Assembly: GCA_951406725.2 (NCBI GenBank)
Contig: OX597820.1
Span: 45,508,001 to 45,572,000 of the forward strand
Length of the DNA: 64,000 nt
Origin: Octopus vulgaris
Taxonomy: Eukaryota
Reading direction: 5' to 3'
A program made the position numbers and the translations under genes. The notes below the pieces were generated by a model. The model was not told the DNA's origin and did not search any database. It saw only the letters and a program-made list of their open reading frames with translations. Below, piece by piece: positions 1 through 13,300 of the stretch (within the stretch, counting starts at the first letter, position 1; each line of letters opens with the position of its first letter).

Positions 1-664
1 GACAATGCATGAAGTTTTAAGGAAATATTTATTTACCGTTACATCGAATATACCTTACCTCGACGGGCAGGTGAATAAAATCCTAAAGCATGCGAAGTAA
101 AGATAGATGTAGATTTTTCCTTTCATAGTTTGTGTTTGTGTTCTCATCATTGTTTAATAGTAATTACGGAGAGATAGAATGATGTTGTAAAAGAACAGAA
201 TTAGAGCTAGTGAGTGAGAGAGTTTGGAACGTTGTCTTTCTTTTTCCCTCTGACCGTTTGTCTGCCTGCTTCCATGATTCTAGTGGTTGGTTCACTAACT
301 GATGTTAGCTCTCTCTCAACTCAAGAGTTGTCGCTAAACTAGTTGAGTCATCACCAAGTGACCACTGATTTTTGCTTCAGGGTTCTTGCTTTTAGAACTA
401 TCCAGAAGGATGGACATATCGTTGAGAACAGTAGATTTAGTTGGTGGTCTTGTTATCTTAATTCTAGCGTTTGGTGAAATAGAAGAGGTTAGAAGGGTCA
501 AGTGGTGAAGACATTATTTCGACCTAGGTAAGGCAATCTGGCAAAAGTAAAACTGCTGACACAGAAAAACTATTGTTTCACCGTGAGATAAGTTCTGTTG
601 AAGTGTTAATTTAAATTTGGCTACAGTAGATCGAATCCACTTCATGCCTGCAAGGTTCACCACA
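1..664 (-). mobile_element. LTR-like dispersed repeat, inverted copy of 19755-20463, truncated by the window edge
   Basis: The reverse complement aligns by eye with 19755-20450 (e.g. cttgcaggcatgaagtggattcgatc and ttttattcacctgccc..cgagg.aaggtatattcgatgtaacggtaaataaatattt) and starts TGTGGTG. Confidence 0.6.
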
Positions 665-689
665 CACACACACATATGATATATATATA

Positions 690-910
690 TTTATGTGTGT
701 GTGTTTGTCCCCCCAACATCGCTTGACAACCGAAGCTGGTGTGTTTACGTCCCCGTAACTTAGCGGTTCGACAAAAGAAACCGATAGAATAAGTACTGGG
801 CTTACAAAGAATAAGCCCTGGGATCGATTTGCTCGACTAAAGGCGGTGCTCCAGCATGACCGCAATCAAATGACTGAAAGAAGTAAAAGAATAAAAGAAT
901 AAAGGAATAA
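690..910 (+). mobile_element. 3' half of tRNA-derived SINE family A
   Basis: Matches the 3' half of the full copy at 53929-54318 and ends in an (AAAGAAT)n tail. Confidence 0.8.
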
Positions 911-1835
911 TTGTCTCAAACTATTCAACTTAATAAAATGAAAGAAGTATATAATAAAAGAACATACCCTTTGAATTTAATTTGTAATGCGATTAAAAGG
1001 GAGAAACAAATTGACATTTAGAAATTTCGGGGGAAAATGTGAAAAAAAATCTTAGAAAAACATCTGATCAATAAAAATAGAAGACAAGTAAAAATCTTTA
1101 AAAAGGAGTGACAAACGCAAAACTATATACAAAAAATTGTGGATGTGCCAGTCAGAAAATATAAATGATTGAATTGTGGAACATGCAGATAGTGGTTAGA
1201 AGGTTTCTGAATTCACTCCAAATATGTATCTATATTAAAAATTACTTTTTGTACTACTCAAAACTGCTAAATTAATGACGTGAAATTCAGTCTTTCCGGG
1301 ACCGCTGTATCTCAGTCAACATTTGCTCTACATAGATATATTATGCTTTTTTGGAATCAGGATTGAAAATCTGCCCTTCATTTGGTTCTTGAACATCCAG
1401 CATTGGGATCTAATTTAGAAGTATTTGGGACAAATTGGCCAAGAGTTGGATTTCCACTTGGGACTAGAACAAATAGAATGATAATGATTGCATTAGAAAA
1501 TTAATTCTCATCCGTTCTTAACCAAAGCCTCACCGAGGTATATAGTCATTATAGACGTATTATAGTCATGTTATTTAGCTCTCTATAGTTTTGGGCCGCA
1601 GGAGCTAGCTTAAAAGTCCGCAAGGATTGCGGCTTTTAAGCTAGTTATACACCTGTAAATAGAGGAATTATATTAATATATAGAAGTTACCGAGAACATT
1701 ATATTGGCCCAACTGGGCAGATAGCGGGAAAGAAAATGCCATCGAGCCGTCAGAAAATAAGTAGCCATACACAATAAAAATTCATGTGTCAACAAATAGA
1801 TCACTGTGACGAACAACGGCGAATGCAATTCATGG

Positions 1836-2958
1836 TGTCCGATTCTATTATGAGTTTTCTGATGCACACCAATTTTTGTGAACCCATGGATAGATAACAA
1901 ATACGTGTTAATTATGAATATGAGTTCTGTCGTGGAACTAATGCATCACAGATAGCCTGAAACATCAATGAGATGTTTGGTGATGTGGCGAATGATCGCA
2001 CTGTACGTCGATTGTCTGAGAATTTCCGCTTGGTGACCTTACTCTTGAAAATCAGCCCCATGGTAGAACTGAGACCAAGGTGGATAATGATGAGCTGGAA
2101 ACTGCAGTGGAAGCGGATACATCTCAAACTACGCGTGAGTTAGCAGCAAGGTTTGATGTTTCGATTCCAACTGTATTGGACCATCTGAAACAAATCAGTA
2201 GGGTAAAGAAGCTGGACAAGTGGGTACCACACGAACTGAAAGAGTATCAAATGACACGTCATCTTAAAACTTGCTGTTCTTTGCTGTCACGGCATAAAAA
2301 CGAATCATTTTTGCATCGTATTGTTACGTGTGATGAAAAATGGATTCTTTTCAACAATAGCAAGCGTTCTGCGTGGTGGCTGGATAGGGACGAAGTGCTA
2401 AAACACAATCCCAAAAAGAATATTCACCAAAAAATGCTAATGGTGTCTGTATAGTGGTCCAGCGCTGGTGTAATCCACTACAGCTTCATGAGACCTGGTA
2501 AGTCAATTACAGCGGATGTATATATCAACCAATTGTATGAAATGATGAGTGAACTTGTAATTAAACAACCAAGATTGGTCAAAAGAGACAATGCTCGGCA
2601 ACATGTTGCATGAAGAACGCTACTGAAGTTACAAAAACTGACCTTGGAAGTACTCTGTCATCCCCCATATTCACCAGATCTTACCCCAAATGACTATCAT
2701 GTTTTCCAGGCATTAGATAACTTTTTGCAAAGAAAAGACTTCAAATCTGAAGAAGATGCAAAAACAGCCTTTAGTGATTTCATCACCTCTTGCTTCCCAG
2801 AATTCTTCACTGCCAGCATAAATAAGCTAGCAATAAAAGGGCAAAATTGTGTAGATAATTTAGGTTCATACTTTGATTAACTGCATTGTTTTTTGTTGAG
2901 ATAAAGTAAAATAAACCTTCAGTTCAAAATCGGACATTTCATTCTTAATGACCCGTTA
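1836..2958 (+). mobile_element. Degenerate mariner transposon with a pseudogenised transposase
   Basis: Broken frames from ATG 1886 to TAA 2880 contain WVPHEL, TCDEKW and HPPYSPDLTPNDY, plus stops and frameshifts. The TIR remnant tgtccgatt (~1837) is inverted to aaatcggaca (~2927-2936). Confidence 0.9.
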
Positions 2959-3279
2959 ATAAATAACCTGGTGTAGAATTCAATATACCATATTTTAACG
3001 TGTATAAGGAACCCCTAATTTTGGCGGGGTTAAAATTTGGAAAAAAGGGTTAGTAAGGGATTATAATACTATCCATGTATACGAAACTCCCATATTTTTA
3101 AACCTAATTTTTGACAAAAAAAGGGGGCGAGTTCCTTATACACGTTAAAATACGGTATTTATGCTCTGGAACGAAACGTCGGCTGAGTACAGAGCAGTAA
3201 TAATAAAAAGAGATGACAAAGTAATAAACGATTATCTTAAGTAGTTCATAAGATAATCGTTTATTCCCTTGCCATCTCA

Positions 3280-3284
3280 TTTGT

Positions 3285-3331
<47 letters not shown>

Positions 3332-4170
3332 TGCGTGCGTGTGTGTATGTATGTGTGTATGTGTGTGCGTGTGTGTGTGATTACAGAAATGCACAAATAC
3401 ATACATACATACATACGTACGTATGTATGTATGTATGTATGTATGTGTATTATGTGTGTATGTGTGTGTGTGTGTGTGCGCACGCGTGTGTATGCATACA
3501 CATACTAATATATGAATACACACAACACACACATGAATAAATGAAGGGAGAGGGTCCCAGCATAGGTTACTGACCTAAAGTTGAAACCAGTGATATTATA
3601 AAAGGATCTCTCTCTCCCTTTTCCCCTTCTTCTTTCTCACCTCACCTTTCTCTCTCTCTCTCTCTCTCCCTATCCGTTTGTCAGTCTGTCTCTTTTTCCC
3701 TGTATACATTCATACACACACATACACACACATACACACACATACATACATACATACATACATACATACATACATACATACATACATACATACATACATA
3801 CATACATACATACATACATACATACATAGACACATACATAAAAACATACATACATAGACACATACATACATACATACATACATAGACACATACACACATT
3901 CATACATAGACACATACACACATACATACATACATACATACATACATACATACATACATACATACATACATACAAGAGACTGGATAATGTATGATAAAGA
4001 GGGAGAGTGAGGCAAGAGTGACAGGGTAAGAGCGAGTATGTGTGTTTGTGAGAGAGAGAGAGAGAGACAGACAGAGACAGAGAGAGACAGAGAGAGAGAG
4101 CGGGAGGGGAGAGAACGGATAGACAGACAGAGAGACATTGGAAGGAGAGAGAGAGAGAGAGAGAGAGAAG
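3280..4170. repeat. Compound microsatellites (GT)n, (ATAC)n, (GA)n
   Basis: Directly visible; they account for the CV/YVCM/HTYI ORFs. Confidence 0.95.
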
Positions 4171-4237
4171 GTGGGTGTGAACAGCAATAACCATTATAAA
4201 TTCTTGGTTCGTGTCCTGCGTCCGTTTAGTAATGAGA

Positions 4238-4363
4238 ATGGAGTTGTCAAACACTGACCTGCAGCCGACAGTGGCTGAGATGTTCAATGCCCAGAAATCG
4301 ATGGAAGGCGTGATCCTCAAAACGCCACTGGTCCCTTTGAACATAGACTGGCCTTACGCCAAA
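4238..4363 (+). CDS. Serine racemase/threonine dehydratase-family PLP enzyme, exon 1
   Basis: Encodes MELSNTDLQPTVAEMFNAQKSMEGVILKTPLVPLNIDWPYAK with the family TPL motif. GTAAGT donor at 4364, phase 0. Alternative ATG at 4232. Confidence 0.8.
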
Positions 4364-4372
4364 GTAAGTATA

Positions 4373-4562
4373 AACTCTTTACTCTTTTACTCTTTTACTT
4401 GTTTCAGTCATTTGACTGTGGCCATGCTGGAGCACCACCTTTAGTCGAGCAAATCGATCCCGGGACTTATTCTTTGTAAGCCCAGTACTTATTCTATCGG
4501 TCTCTTTGGCCGAACCGCTAAGTGACGGTTCAGCCAAATAGACTGATATAATAAGTACTGGG

Positions 4563-4563
<1 letters not shown>
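4373..4563 (-). mobile_element. SINE family A, 3' fragment
   Basis: Reverse complement of the SINE A tail and body, located about 10 bp into intron 1. Confidence 0.8.
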
Positions 4564-4619
<56 letters not shown>

Positions 4620-4907
4620 TAGTTTTTTTCTCTCCCATCTCGACACTATGACTACTACTATTTTGAAATAATTGTTTGTAATATATGCACAAGAGTAGAG
4701 GTTAACGGCGATAGAAAGGATTAGGTTGATTAACTGATCCCAGTTTTTGACTGGTATTTTGTTTTATCGTCCCAGGAGGGATGAAAGGCAAAATTGACGT
4801 CGGTGAGATTTGAACGCATAAGGGATCCTAACAATTCTTCCAAGACAGTGAGGTATGTGGGAAAGGGTTGCTAGTTTAGGTTACAAGTAGAGTATGGTGC
4901 TACTACA

Positions 4908-5340
<433 letters not shown>

Positions 5341-5602
5341 GTTCTATCTAACTAGCTACCGTTCTATCTGCATGTATGTGTGGCAGTGTGCGTGTGTGCA
5401 CGTGTGCATGCGTGTGTACTGTAGTGTAGTGAGTGTGTTGTGTGTATGTGTGTATGCGTGTGTGTGTGTGTGTGTGTGTGTGCAAATATATATTTCATTT
5501 AGGCTATTTGCTTCTTTAAAATTTTAATTATTAAAGGCAAGAATCTTAATCAGTATCATTGAATTACCAAGTTAATTAAATCTGACCAACGGTCAATCAT
5601 TT

Positions 5603-5972
5603 CACACACACACACACACACACATAAACATACATACATACACACGCACGCACACACACACACACATGTATGTATGTATGTATGTATGTATGTATGTATG
5701 TATGTATGTATGTATGTATGCATGTATGTATGTGTTTATGTTTGTATGTATGTATGTATGTATGTATATATGCATGTATGTATGTGTTTATGTTTGTATG
5801 TATGTATGTATGTATGTATGTATGTATGTATGTATGTGTGTATATATGCATGTATGTATGTGTTTATGGTTGTATGTATGTATGTATGTATTTGTGTGTA
5901 TGTATGTATGTATGTATGTATGTATATATGCATGTATGTATGTGTTTATGTTTGTATGTATGTATGTATGTA
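5603..5972. repeat. (CA)n/(ATGT)n compound microsatellite
   Basis: Directly visible. Confidence 0.95.
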
Positions 5973-6883
5973 TTATTATGTGTTATGTATTATTTATTAT
6001 GTGTTAAGTGTTCAGTTCATGTATGTAAAAAAAAAAGTAAAGGGACATAACTCAATACAGCAAAATGCGTTGTCCAATACTTTACTTTGGAAATCGATGG
6101 AAATGGCACGGAAGAGTCATGCATAATATCATTTTGAGACTTATCGCATGACCAACAATAAACGATATTGTACAGGAAAATATGGCTTTTGTCTAAGAAT
6201 GGCGAATTGATTTTCTCCTTTTACAAAGCTTGCAGTAGCACACTTTTCCGTCAGTAATGTCACCTTGTGTAATAAGACCACAGGGTGAATTACAATTTTC
6301 ACAGGTGTAGCTGTTCATAATTAATCGACACCGTGCCAACCATTGAAGAATGTTGTCTTGTGATTCTGCCAATTGAATGATATTTCACGAGTCATCTAAG
6401 ATTGTTTGACGATTGAGGATTTCAACTTCAAGAACAGTAAACTGTGGTACCGCTATATTTTGTTGCGTTTAGTTATGCCCCTTTATTTTTTTTTATGTAC
6501 TGAATCACTACCTGTATGTATATATGTATATGTATGTATAAGGTACGTACATGCGTGTGTGTGTGTGTGTGTGTGTGTAAATGTGTTTTTATCCTACATA
6601 CATATAGATCCCTCATACATACAGATCATACATAACATAGATCTTACATACATATATATAAATAAATACAGGTACCGAACCTCTTTTCCGACAACCTTGG
6701 GACCGGAGGTGGCCCAGATTTCTTGGTTTTTCCGGATTTCTGGACACAGGCTAAATATATATCGAAAATATAATATAAATAACGAAAAGTAATAAAAATT
6801 GTAATAAATTAAGACAAATAACTGTGAAAGGAAGGCGCCCACACAACAGCAGTCACACGGGAACTGGCGTTGTGTGACGCATA

Positions 6884-8040
6884 CTCTGGGGTCTTGAATA
6901 ATCGTCTCCCGCCCTTGTTAATTTTTCAGATTTTTTCCACCCATCCCTTGCTTTTATTCCCACCCCGTGCTTATTAATTTTTCAAATCCCCCACCCGCTT
7001 TTATTCCCTCCTCCCCTGCTTATTAAGTTTTAATGTCCACCCCCCACCGCACCTCGCTTTTATTCCAGTCCTTAGCGGGATTGAACTCAGAACGTAATGG
7101 GACATAACTCTATTGCTGCAAGGCACGCTGCCCGATGCTTAGGCACAATGCCAGCAATTTAAAGGGAAGGGGTAAGTCGATTAAACAGAATACCGTTACT
7201 AAAACAAAGCAACAAACTCTGGGGAATTCATTATTTTGACTGACACAAACTATGAATCAGCAAACTATGAAAAAATGCAGATGACAGGAATAGGAAGAAT
7301 TTCTGGAGTGTTCTATTTGTTTTCATAACGCATAGAAGAAAAGTATTTATCCACAGTATATGTAGCTAACGTTCAAGCGAGAGAGCCTTCAACATTTTAG
7401 GGCATTGATAAGCTTCAACCCTAAGACGATCAATCAATTTGAGACACAACACACCTGCTTCAGAACACATAGAAAACAAGGAAATTGCTGTCAGAAAATA
7501 AGTTTTACAAGCAGCCAGTGTTTATAACAGCTTGAGGTTGGACAACTGCGCAAGTCTGTAACATACGCGGGAGTTTACTGCTACTCCACACTGTAGTCAA
7601 CAAATCTTCATTTTCAATTTCTCTACGATTTCTCTACCAATCCAAATTCCATGCAAATTATGAAATTCAATGATGAACTGCTTCCTAACAGGACAAGCTT
7701 CTGTTTGAACTTTTTTCATAACATTATGGCAGAGAAAAGAGTATTTCGTAGTGCGACGTACGGAAATTATTCCATAGAAGAAAAGCAAGCACTTGCTCTC
7801 GTGGTGAAAAAATGCAAAGAGGAGTATGATTCTGAATTAGAACGAATGAAAGGGAAAACTCATTTGGTTGCTAAAAGGAAACACTATGTCCCGGATACCC
7901 CGAAACAGGGATGTCTCACCAAAGCAGTTCATTTGCTTTACTCAAATTTGGCTGGTGTCAAAAACTCTGATCGACTAATTGATTCTACTGTGAAAGTAGC
8001 CAAACGCTGCTATGAAAAATATCTGAACTTGATAACGCTG
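6884..8040 (+). mobile_element. Possible DNA transposon remnant (subterminal repeats plus ORF fragment)
   Basis: Three cttttattcc repeats, two followed by cttatta, at 6950-7070. A non-repetitive ORF segment at 7726-8040 (MAEKRVFRSATYGNYSIEEKQ...AKRCYEKYL) has no recognised host-gene motif. Family unassigned. Confidence 0.3.
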
Positions 8041-8239
8041 AAAAAAATCACATACAGAGATACATTCACGCATGTCAGTCGTCACATGTGTATATGTGTG
8101 TGTAGATGTGTGTGTGTATGTTTGCTGATATACCTAACGCGGAAACACACACACACAGTCAGAGAGACATACACACTCATACACCCACACACATACAAAC
8201 TCATATATGACGTCGTCCTCGTTGTGGTATAAAATGTCC

Positions 8240-8683
8240 TTTACTGTCTCGTACGTATCAAACGCGTAAACACACACACGAATGTGAAAGAATAAAAGTG
8301 AAACAATATTATAGTCTTTTCACATTAGAATTAAAAGGGAAAGAATAAAAGTGAAAAAATATAATATCACACAAGGAAGTCAATTTCTAGATAGAAATAA
8401 CAAACCCCATTTCAGTATATAAAGCTGTAGAAGAAAATTGCTTGAGTGAAAAAACTTGAGCCACTTTAGGATATCTTTTTCTAACGTATGAAAGCTCAGT
8501 GACGTGGCTGAGTTCTCATTGGTTAGTAATGAAGGCTTATCGGCTGTATCACAAAGATTTTCGATTGAGGGAGAAAAGTAGTGTATTTAAATAGAGGGAG
8601 TGCAAAAACTTCAAAATAAGTAATGTTTTAGGGAAAACATACAAATAGCATGAAGACAAAGATATTTACGCACAGAAAAACTG

Positions 8684-8768
<85 letters not shown>

Positions 8769-9407
8769 AGTGAGAGAATCGGTTGAAAACTGCGGAAGTC
8801 ATAAGTCGAAAACTGAGCGTAAAGACAGATATTTACGCGCGACAAAATAGAAATACTGTGAAGTCAATTTTCAAGCAGATATAGCGAAACTGAATTTAAA
8901 CAGAACTGGGTGAACGAAAGAGAAAAATAACTAAGTTAATTTTCAGTGAGAACGTACGAAAACCGTAACAAAAGATTCTTACGCACGACTAAAAGAAATA
9001 CATGGAACTCAATGTGTAGACAGACGTTATTGTGTGTCAGTTAAAGAGAGAGAGATGGAAAGACAGAGAGAGAGAAATAAAGAAATAAAGATAGAGAGTG
9101 AAAGAAATACACATTGACTTAAAGAGAGGAACTATTACAGAGAGGCAGAGTGAGAAGAAGAAAGAGAAGAGATAAATAATCAGAGAGGAAAAGGGGAGAG
9201 AATCGGATGGAAACTGAAGAAGTCAAAGGGAGAGAATCGGTTGAAAATTGCAGTTTTTAGAGAAAAACCAATGGGAAATACTTTTTTCCCGTTTCTCGCT
9301 TTACGCTGGAGCTCTGGGCAAAATGTTATAGTGCACGACCATTCTTGGCACATAAGTAATGTGTGTAACATTTGATGAAAATCGGTTGAAAACGTATCAC
9401 AACACAT

Positions 9408-9493
<86 letters not shown>

Positions 9494-9514
9494 CCTTTGT
9501 TTTATATATATAGA
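8240..9514 (-). mobile_element. Non-autonomous Helitron-like element, 5' end
   Basis: The minus strand begins A|TCTATATATATAAAAC, followed by (TG)n and aaccgattttcatcaaat, as in Helitron-derived non-autonomous elements. The 3' boundary is uncertain. Confidence 0.45.
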
Positions 9515-9622
9515 TGTTTTGTAATTTAAATTGGGTGTGAAGTGAAACAATTGTAGGCAATGTAAAATAATTAATAAATTAATTTTTATCCACTAAATCT
9601 CTTCATTTTCAAGCTTATTACA

Positions 9623-10432
9623 CAGGGTGCGGAGAATAAACTGTTGTCTAAATTAAATAAAATTAAAGAAAATGAAAATAAAAATATCTTAAAACACTAA
9701 AGATTAAATTTATTCAATAAAATCGCCATTGGCTTCAACCACGGCTTGCAGGCGATTTCAGGATCTCCTGCAACTCTTCTGGACGGTCACTTTGTTTAAA
9801 TTGCTGAATGCTGCCATAATCCTTACCTTCAGTTTATCTTTGGTGCTACAAGGGGTTGTTGGTCTATTGCTCAACTGCGCCACACACCTAATAATCAAGG
9901 GGTTTGAAGTCTGGGAAGTTAGGTAGCCAGATATTAGGAGTGATGTGGTTTCAGATATTGTCTGACAGCCATGACTGAGTTCTCCTGCTTGTGTGGCATG
10001 GTGCAGAGTCCTGTTGCCAGATATAGGGTCTTCCAGCACTATCTCCTCCGGACACTTGATGTAGGCCTCCATGTTGAGTCTGAAGCCATGTTGGAAGATG
10101 AATTAAGGCATAACGTCGCCATCACTAGTGATCGTTCCAAACACCATGATGTTGACTGGATGTTTGATTTTTATCACTCTCGGTTCATGTCCACAGATTG
10201 ACACCCAAGCATTCTGAAATGTTCGTATTGGCGTTTCCGATGCGAATGTCCAGCAGTACAGCATGTTATTTCTAAACTTCTTGTAGAGTGAATTGCGTCA
10301 TGGTGTTGTTTTTCTCACAGGCGGTGCCCAGCTGACCCTACTATACTGCATGGTCGACAAAATCAAAAACAAGCAATGCGCAAGCGCGAAATTCAAAATA
10401 TAAAATGGCGACAATTTACTCATCGCACCCTG
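9623..10432 (-). mobile_element. Internally deleted Tc1/mariner-superfamily (DD37D/maT-like) transposon
   Basis: Imperfect ~26-bp TIRs (cagggtgcggagaataaactgttgtc / ggcgacaatttactcatcgcaccctg) with TA at the right end. Minus-strand C-terminal remnant ..NP..DY.., STKDKLKVRIMAAFSNLNKVTVQKSCRR. Confidence 0.75.
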
Positions 10433-10614
10433 TATGTTTGTATGTATGTATGTATTATATATATATATATATATATATACGTATATACATACATATATTT
10501 AATATATATATATATATATATATACATGTATATCTGTAGATGCATACATATACATACATACATACATACATACATACATACAGACAGACAGACAGACATA
10601 CATACAGACAGACA

Positions 10615-10652
<38 letters not shown>

Positions 10653-10985
10653 TGCATGCGTGCATAGATAAATTTCTATGGCTATCGATTCGTTAATCGT
10701 GTATAACTTTTCCTAACACGAAAAGACATTAATGCATAATTTAGAAAAAATTGCAAAAATATCTAAAAGGAAAATAAGACAACAGTGAAGACAACACAGA
10801 CTTAATAATGTTAGGAAGGACCGTGAAGAATTTAAGTCTTATGAAGCGGCAACGGTATGCATATATACATACATGCATGCGCACATGTATACATACATAC
10901 ATGCATACATACATACATACATACATACATACATACATACATACATACATACATACATACATACATACATACATACATACATACA

Positions 10986-11507
10986 TGATGATGGCTGCCC
11001 CCTCGTTATCGAGTATGGCCATTGCACGAAGCTTAACTGTTATTGGTGCTGTGATCGAATGTGACTTTTTAGCCCAGCTAAAGATCTACAATGTCTTGTA
11101 CAGAATTGGCAGCTAAAATCTTTACCGGCAATAGCCGGCTGTAGTTGCAACTGGGCCTCATGTACCTTTGCATGTCGTTCAAGTCCTCCTGCCGAATTAC
11201 AATCTCTTCCACATGCCTGGCAGATATGATTAGTGTGGTGTATAACACCACCACCAGTGGCCAGGTTGTAACTCATCTGTCTCGCTTTATGACTACGAAG
11301 ATGACTCTTGAGTCCAGCTTTACTGAGGCAGGGTCTTGCACAGACACTGCCTGTCAGCATCATAGGAAGACCCTTCTCATCTGGAATAGTAACAGCGATG
11401 CCCTTCCTGACATCCCTCCTTACTTTCTCATGCGCAACTCGAGATTTCTCAAAAGTAACTGTCCCCTCGTGCACAATCCTTCTCCACCTGCTACGATCAA
11501 TAGCTCC
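10986..11507 (-). mobile_element. 3' end of an RTE-like LINE with C-terminal C2H2 zinc fingers
   Basis: AIDRSRWRRIV is the RTE-type A.DR..WR motif. It is followed by three C2H2-like fingers, a stop at 11040 and a short 3'UTR ending ccatcatc that runs into (ATGT)n. Confidence 0.7.
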
Positions 11508-11847
11508 ATACATACATACACACATACATACATACATACATACATACATACATACATACATACATACATACATACATACATACATACATACATACATGCT
11601 AGATATGCACTTATATGCATGAGAATGAATACAGAAAGCAAAGCATACATATCTGTACATGCACTCCAAATACTGCACATATACACACATACATACATAC
11701 ATACATACATACATACATACATACATACATACATACATACATACATACATACATACATACATACACACATACATACATACATGCATACATATATACTCAC
11801 ACATACATACGGTTATTATGTATTATGTATTATTTTAATATTTCCAG

Positions 11848-12199
11848 ATCTATTTGAAGCTTGAGAATCTACACCCTGTTGGATCGTTCAAGATACGCAA
11901 CGCTTTTTGTAGCTTCAAAAACCTTCCTCCGAATACCAAATCAGTGTACACCGTAAGCACGGGTAACTTTGCTCGTGCCGTCGCATGGTTCGGCAGAAGA
12001 AACAATATCAAATGTACAATCCTGGTTCCAGATCATGCACCAAAATGCAAAACAGACGCTGTCGAAAAGTTAGGTGCTGACATAGTAAGGATTGAACATA
12101 AAGAATGGTTTGAAATCATAGCTGGTCGCAAGGTTTATGAGAAAGGAGAAAACCTTGGTGTTTACCTACATCCAGAATTTGATAGGAATGTTCTCGCAG
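11848..12199 (+). CDS. Serine racemase/threonine dehydratase-family enzyme, exon 2
   Basis: Acceptor tttccag. Encodes IYLKLENLHPVGSFKIRNA (PLP lysine codon 11890-11892), STGNFA and HPEFD. Phase-1 GT donor at 12200. Confidence 0.95.
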
Positions 12200-12297
12200 G
12201 TATTTCTACATATCATCGTTGTTGTTATTGTTGTGGCTGCTGCCGTTGTTGGTGTTGTTGCTGCTGTTGTTGCTGTTGTTACTGTGGTGGTGGAGGT

Positions 12298-12545
12298 TAA
12301 GGTGGTGAGTTAGCAGAATCGTTAGCACCCCGGACAAAATTCTTAGCGGCACTTCGTCCGTCTCTACATTCTGAGATCAAATTCCATCGAGGTTGAGTCT
12401 ACCTTTCATTCATTTTAGGGTCGATAAAATAAGTACAAGTTCAGAACTGGGGGTCGATGTCATTGACTTAGCCCCTCTCCCAAAATTTCAGGCGTTGTGC
12501 GTATAGTAGAAAAGATAATTATCATTGTTGTTGTTGTTGTTGTTA
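12298..12545 (+). mobile_element. tRNA-derived SINE family B
   Basis: Matches 22153-22330 and 63478-63710 (gagctggcagaa.cgttagc...gttcaaattcc...ggggtcgat). Confidence 0.75.
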
Positions 12546-12827
12546 AGGCGATGAACTGACAGAATCGTTACCATGCCGGACAAAATACTTTGTGGTATTT
12601 CCTTCGACTCGTTTCGTTTTGTGTTAAAATCGCCGATGTCTTTGCATTTAGTTCCTTTCGGGGTCCATAAATAAGAATAAGAAGAGCCTATCTTCTTCCC
12701 GCTCTACTGGTCTTGTACCAAAATTATTATCATTATAGTCTCTGCAATGTATAGTTGTCGTTTTTCTTCTATCTTCGAAACAATTTATATAAGCATTACT
12801 AGATGAAACTATAACCACGTTCTCGAT

Positions 12828-13300
12828 ATCCGGAGGGTATCCAAGTTGTAGTTGACTTACGACCACAACTAGTTCCGACTGGCTGATCGTAAGTCGATTT
12901 GGTCATAAGTCGGCCTATAGGCCTATACATAGATTTGTTTTATATATTTACATTCTTAAGGTACATTTTTAGGTAAAAGTCACACACAGCATTCTGTATA
13001 CTATTATACTAGCGTTAGTCAAAATGTTTGGAGTTTCAAACAGTCGTCTTATAAACAAATACGAGGTTGCCTCGATGTCTCTGCGATAGGATATTCATCC
13101 AATACTTGGGATAATCACAGTGGCGATCGATAACCAAACCTAGGTGAAGCGTTTGTTAGCTGACATCATCCGTAGACGGATTAAACCCATTAAATTTCAA
13201 CTGGACTGTTTATAGCTGCCGGGAGCTGGCGGGCCAATCGTCGTAAAGTCGATCAGTCGTAAGTCGGATAAGTCGGGTAAGTTGGATACGACGACCTGTA
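12828..13300. mobile_element. Tigger/pogo-like MITE
   Basis: Terminal gacttacgac/gtcgtaagtc inverted motifs; right end ...gacgacctgta. Confidence 0.5.

Noticed and set aside
4195-4200. TATAAA upstream of exon 1
   Set aside because: It is only ~35 nt from the ATG and common in AT-rich DNA; it cannot be supported without TSS data.
12200-12300. Cys-rich C-terminus of ORF 11854-12300
   Set aside because: It is an intronic (TGT/TGC)n repeat after the splice donor at 12200.
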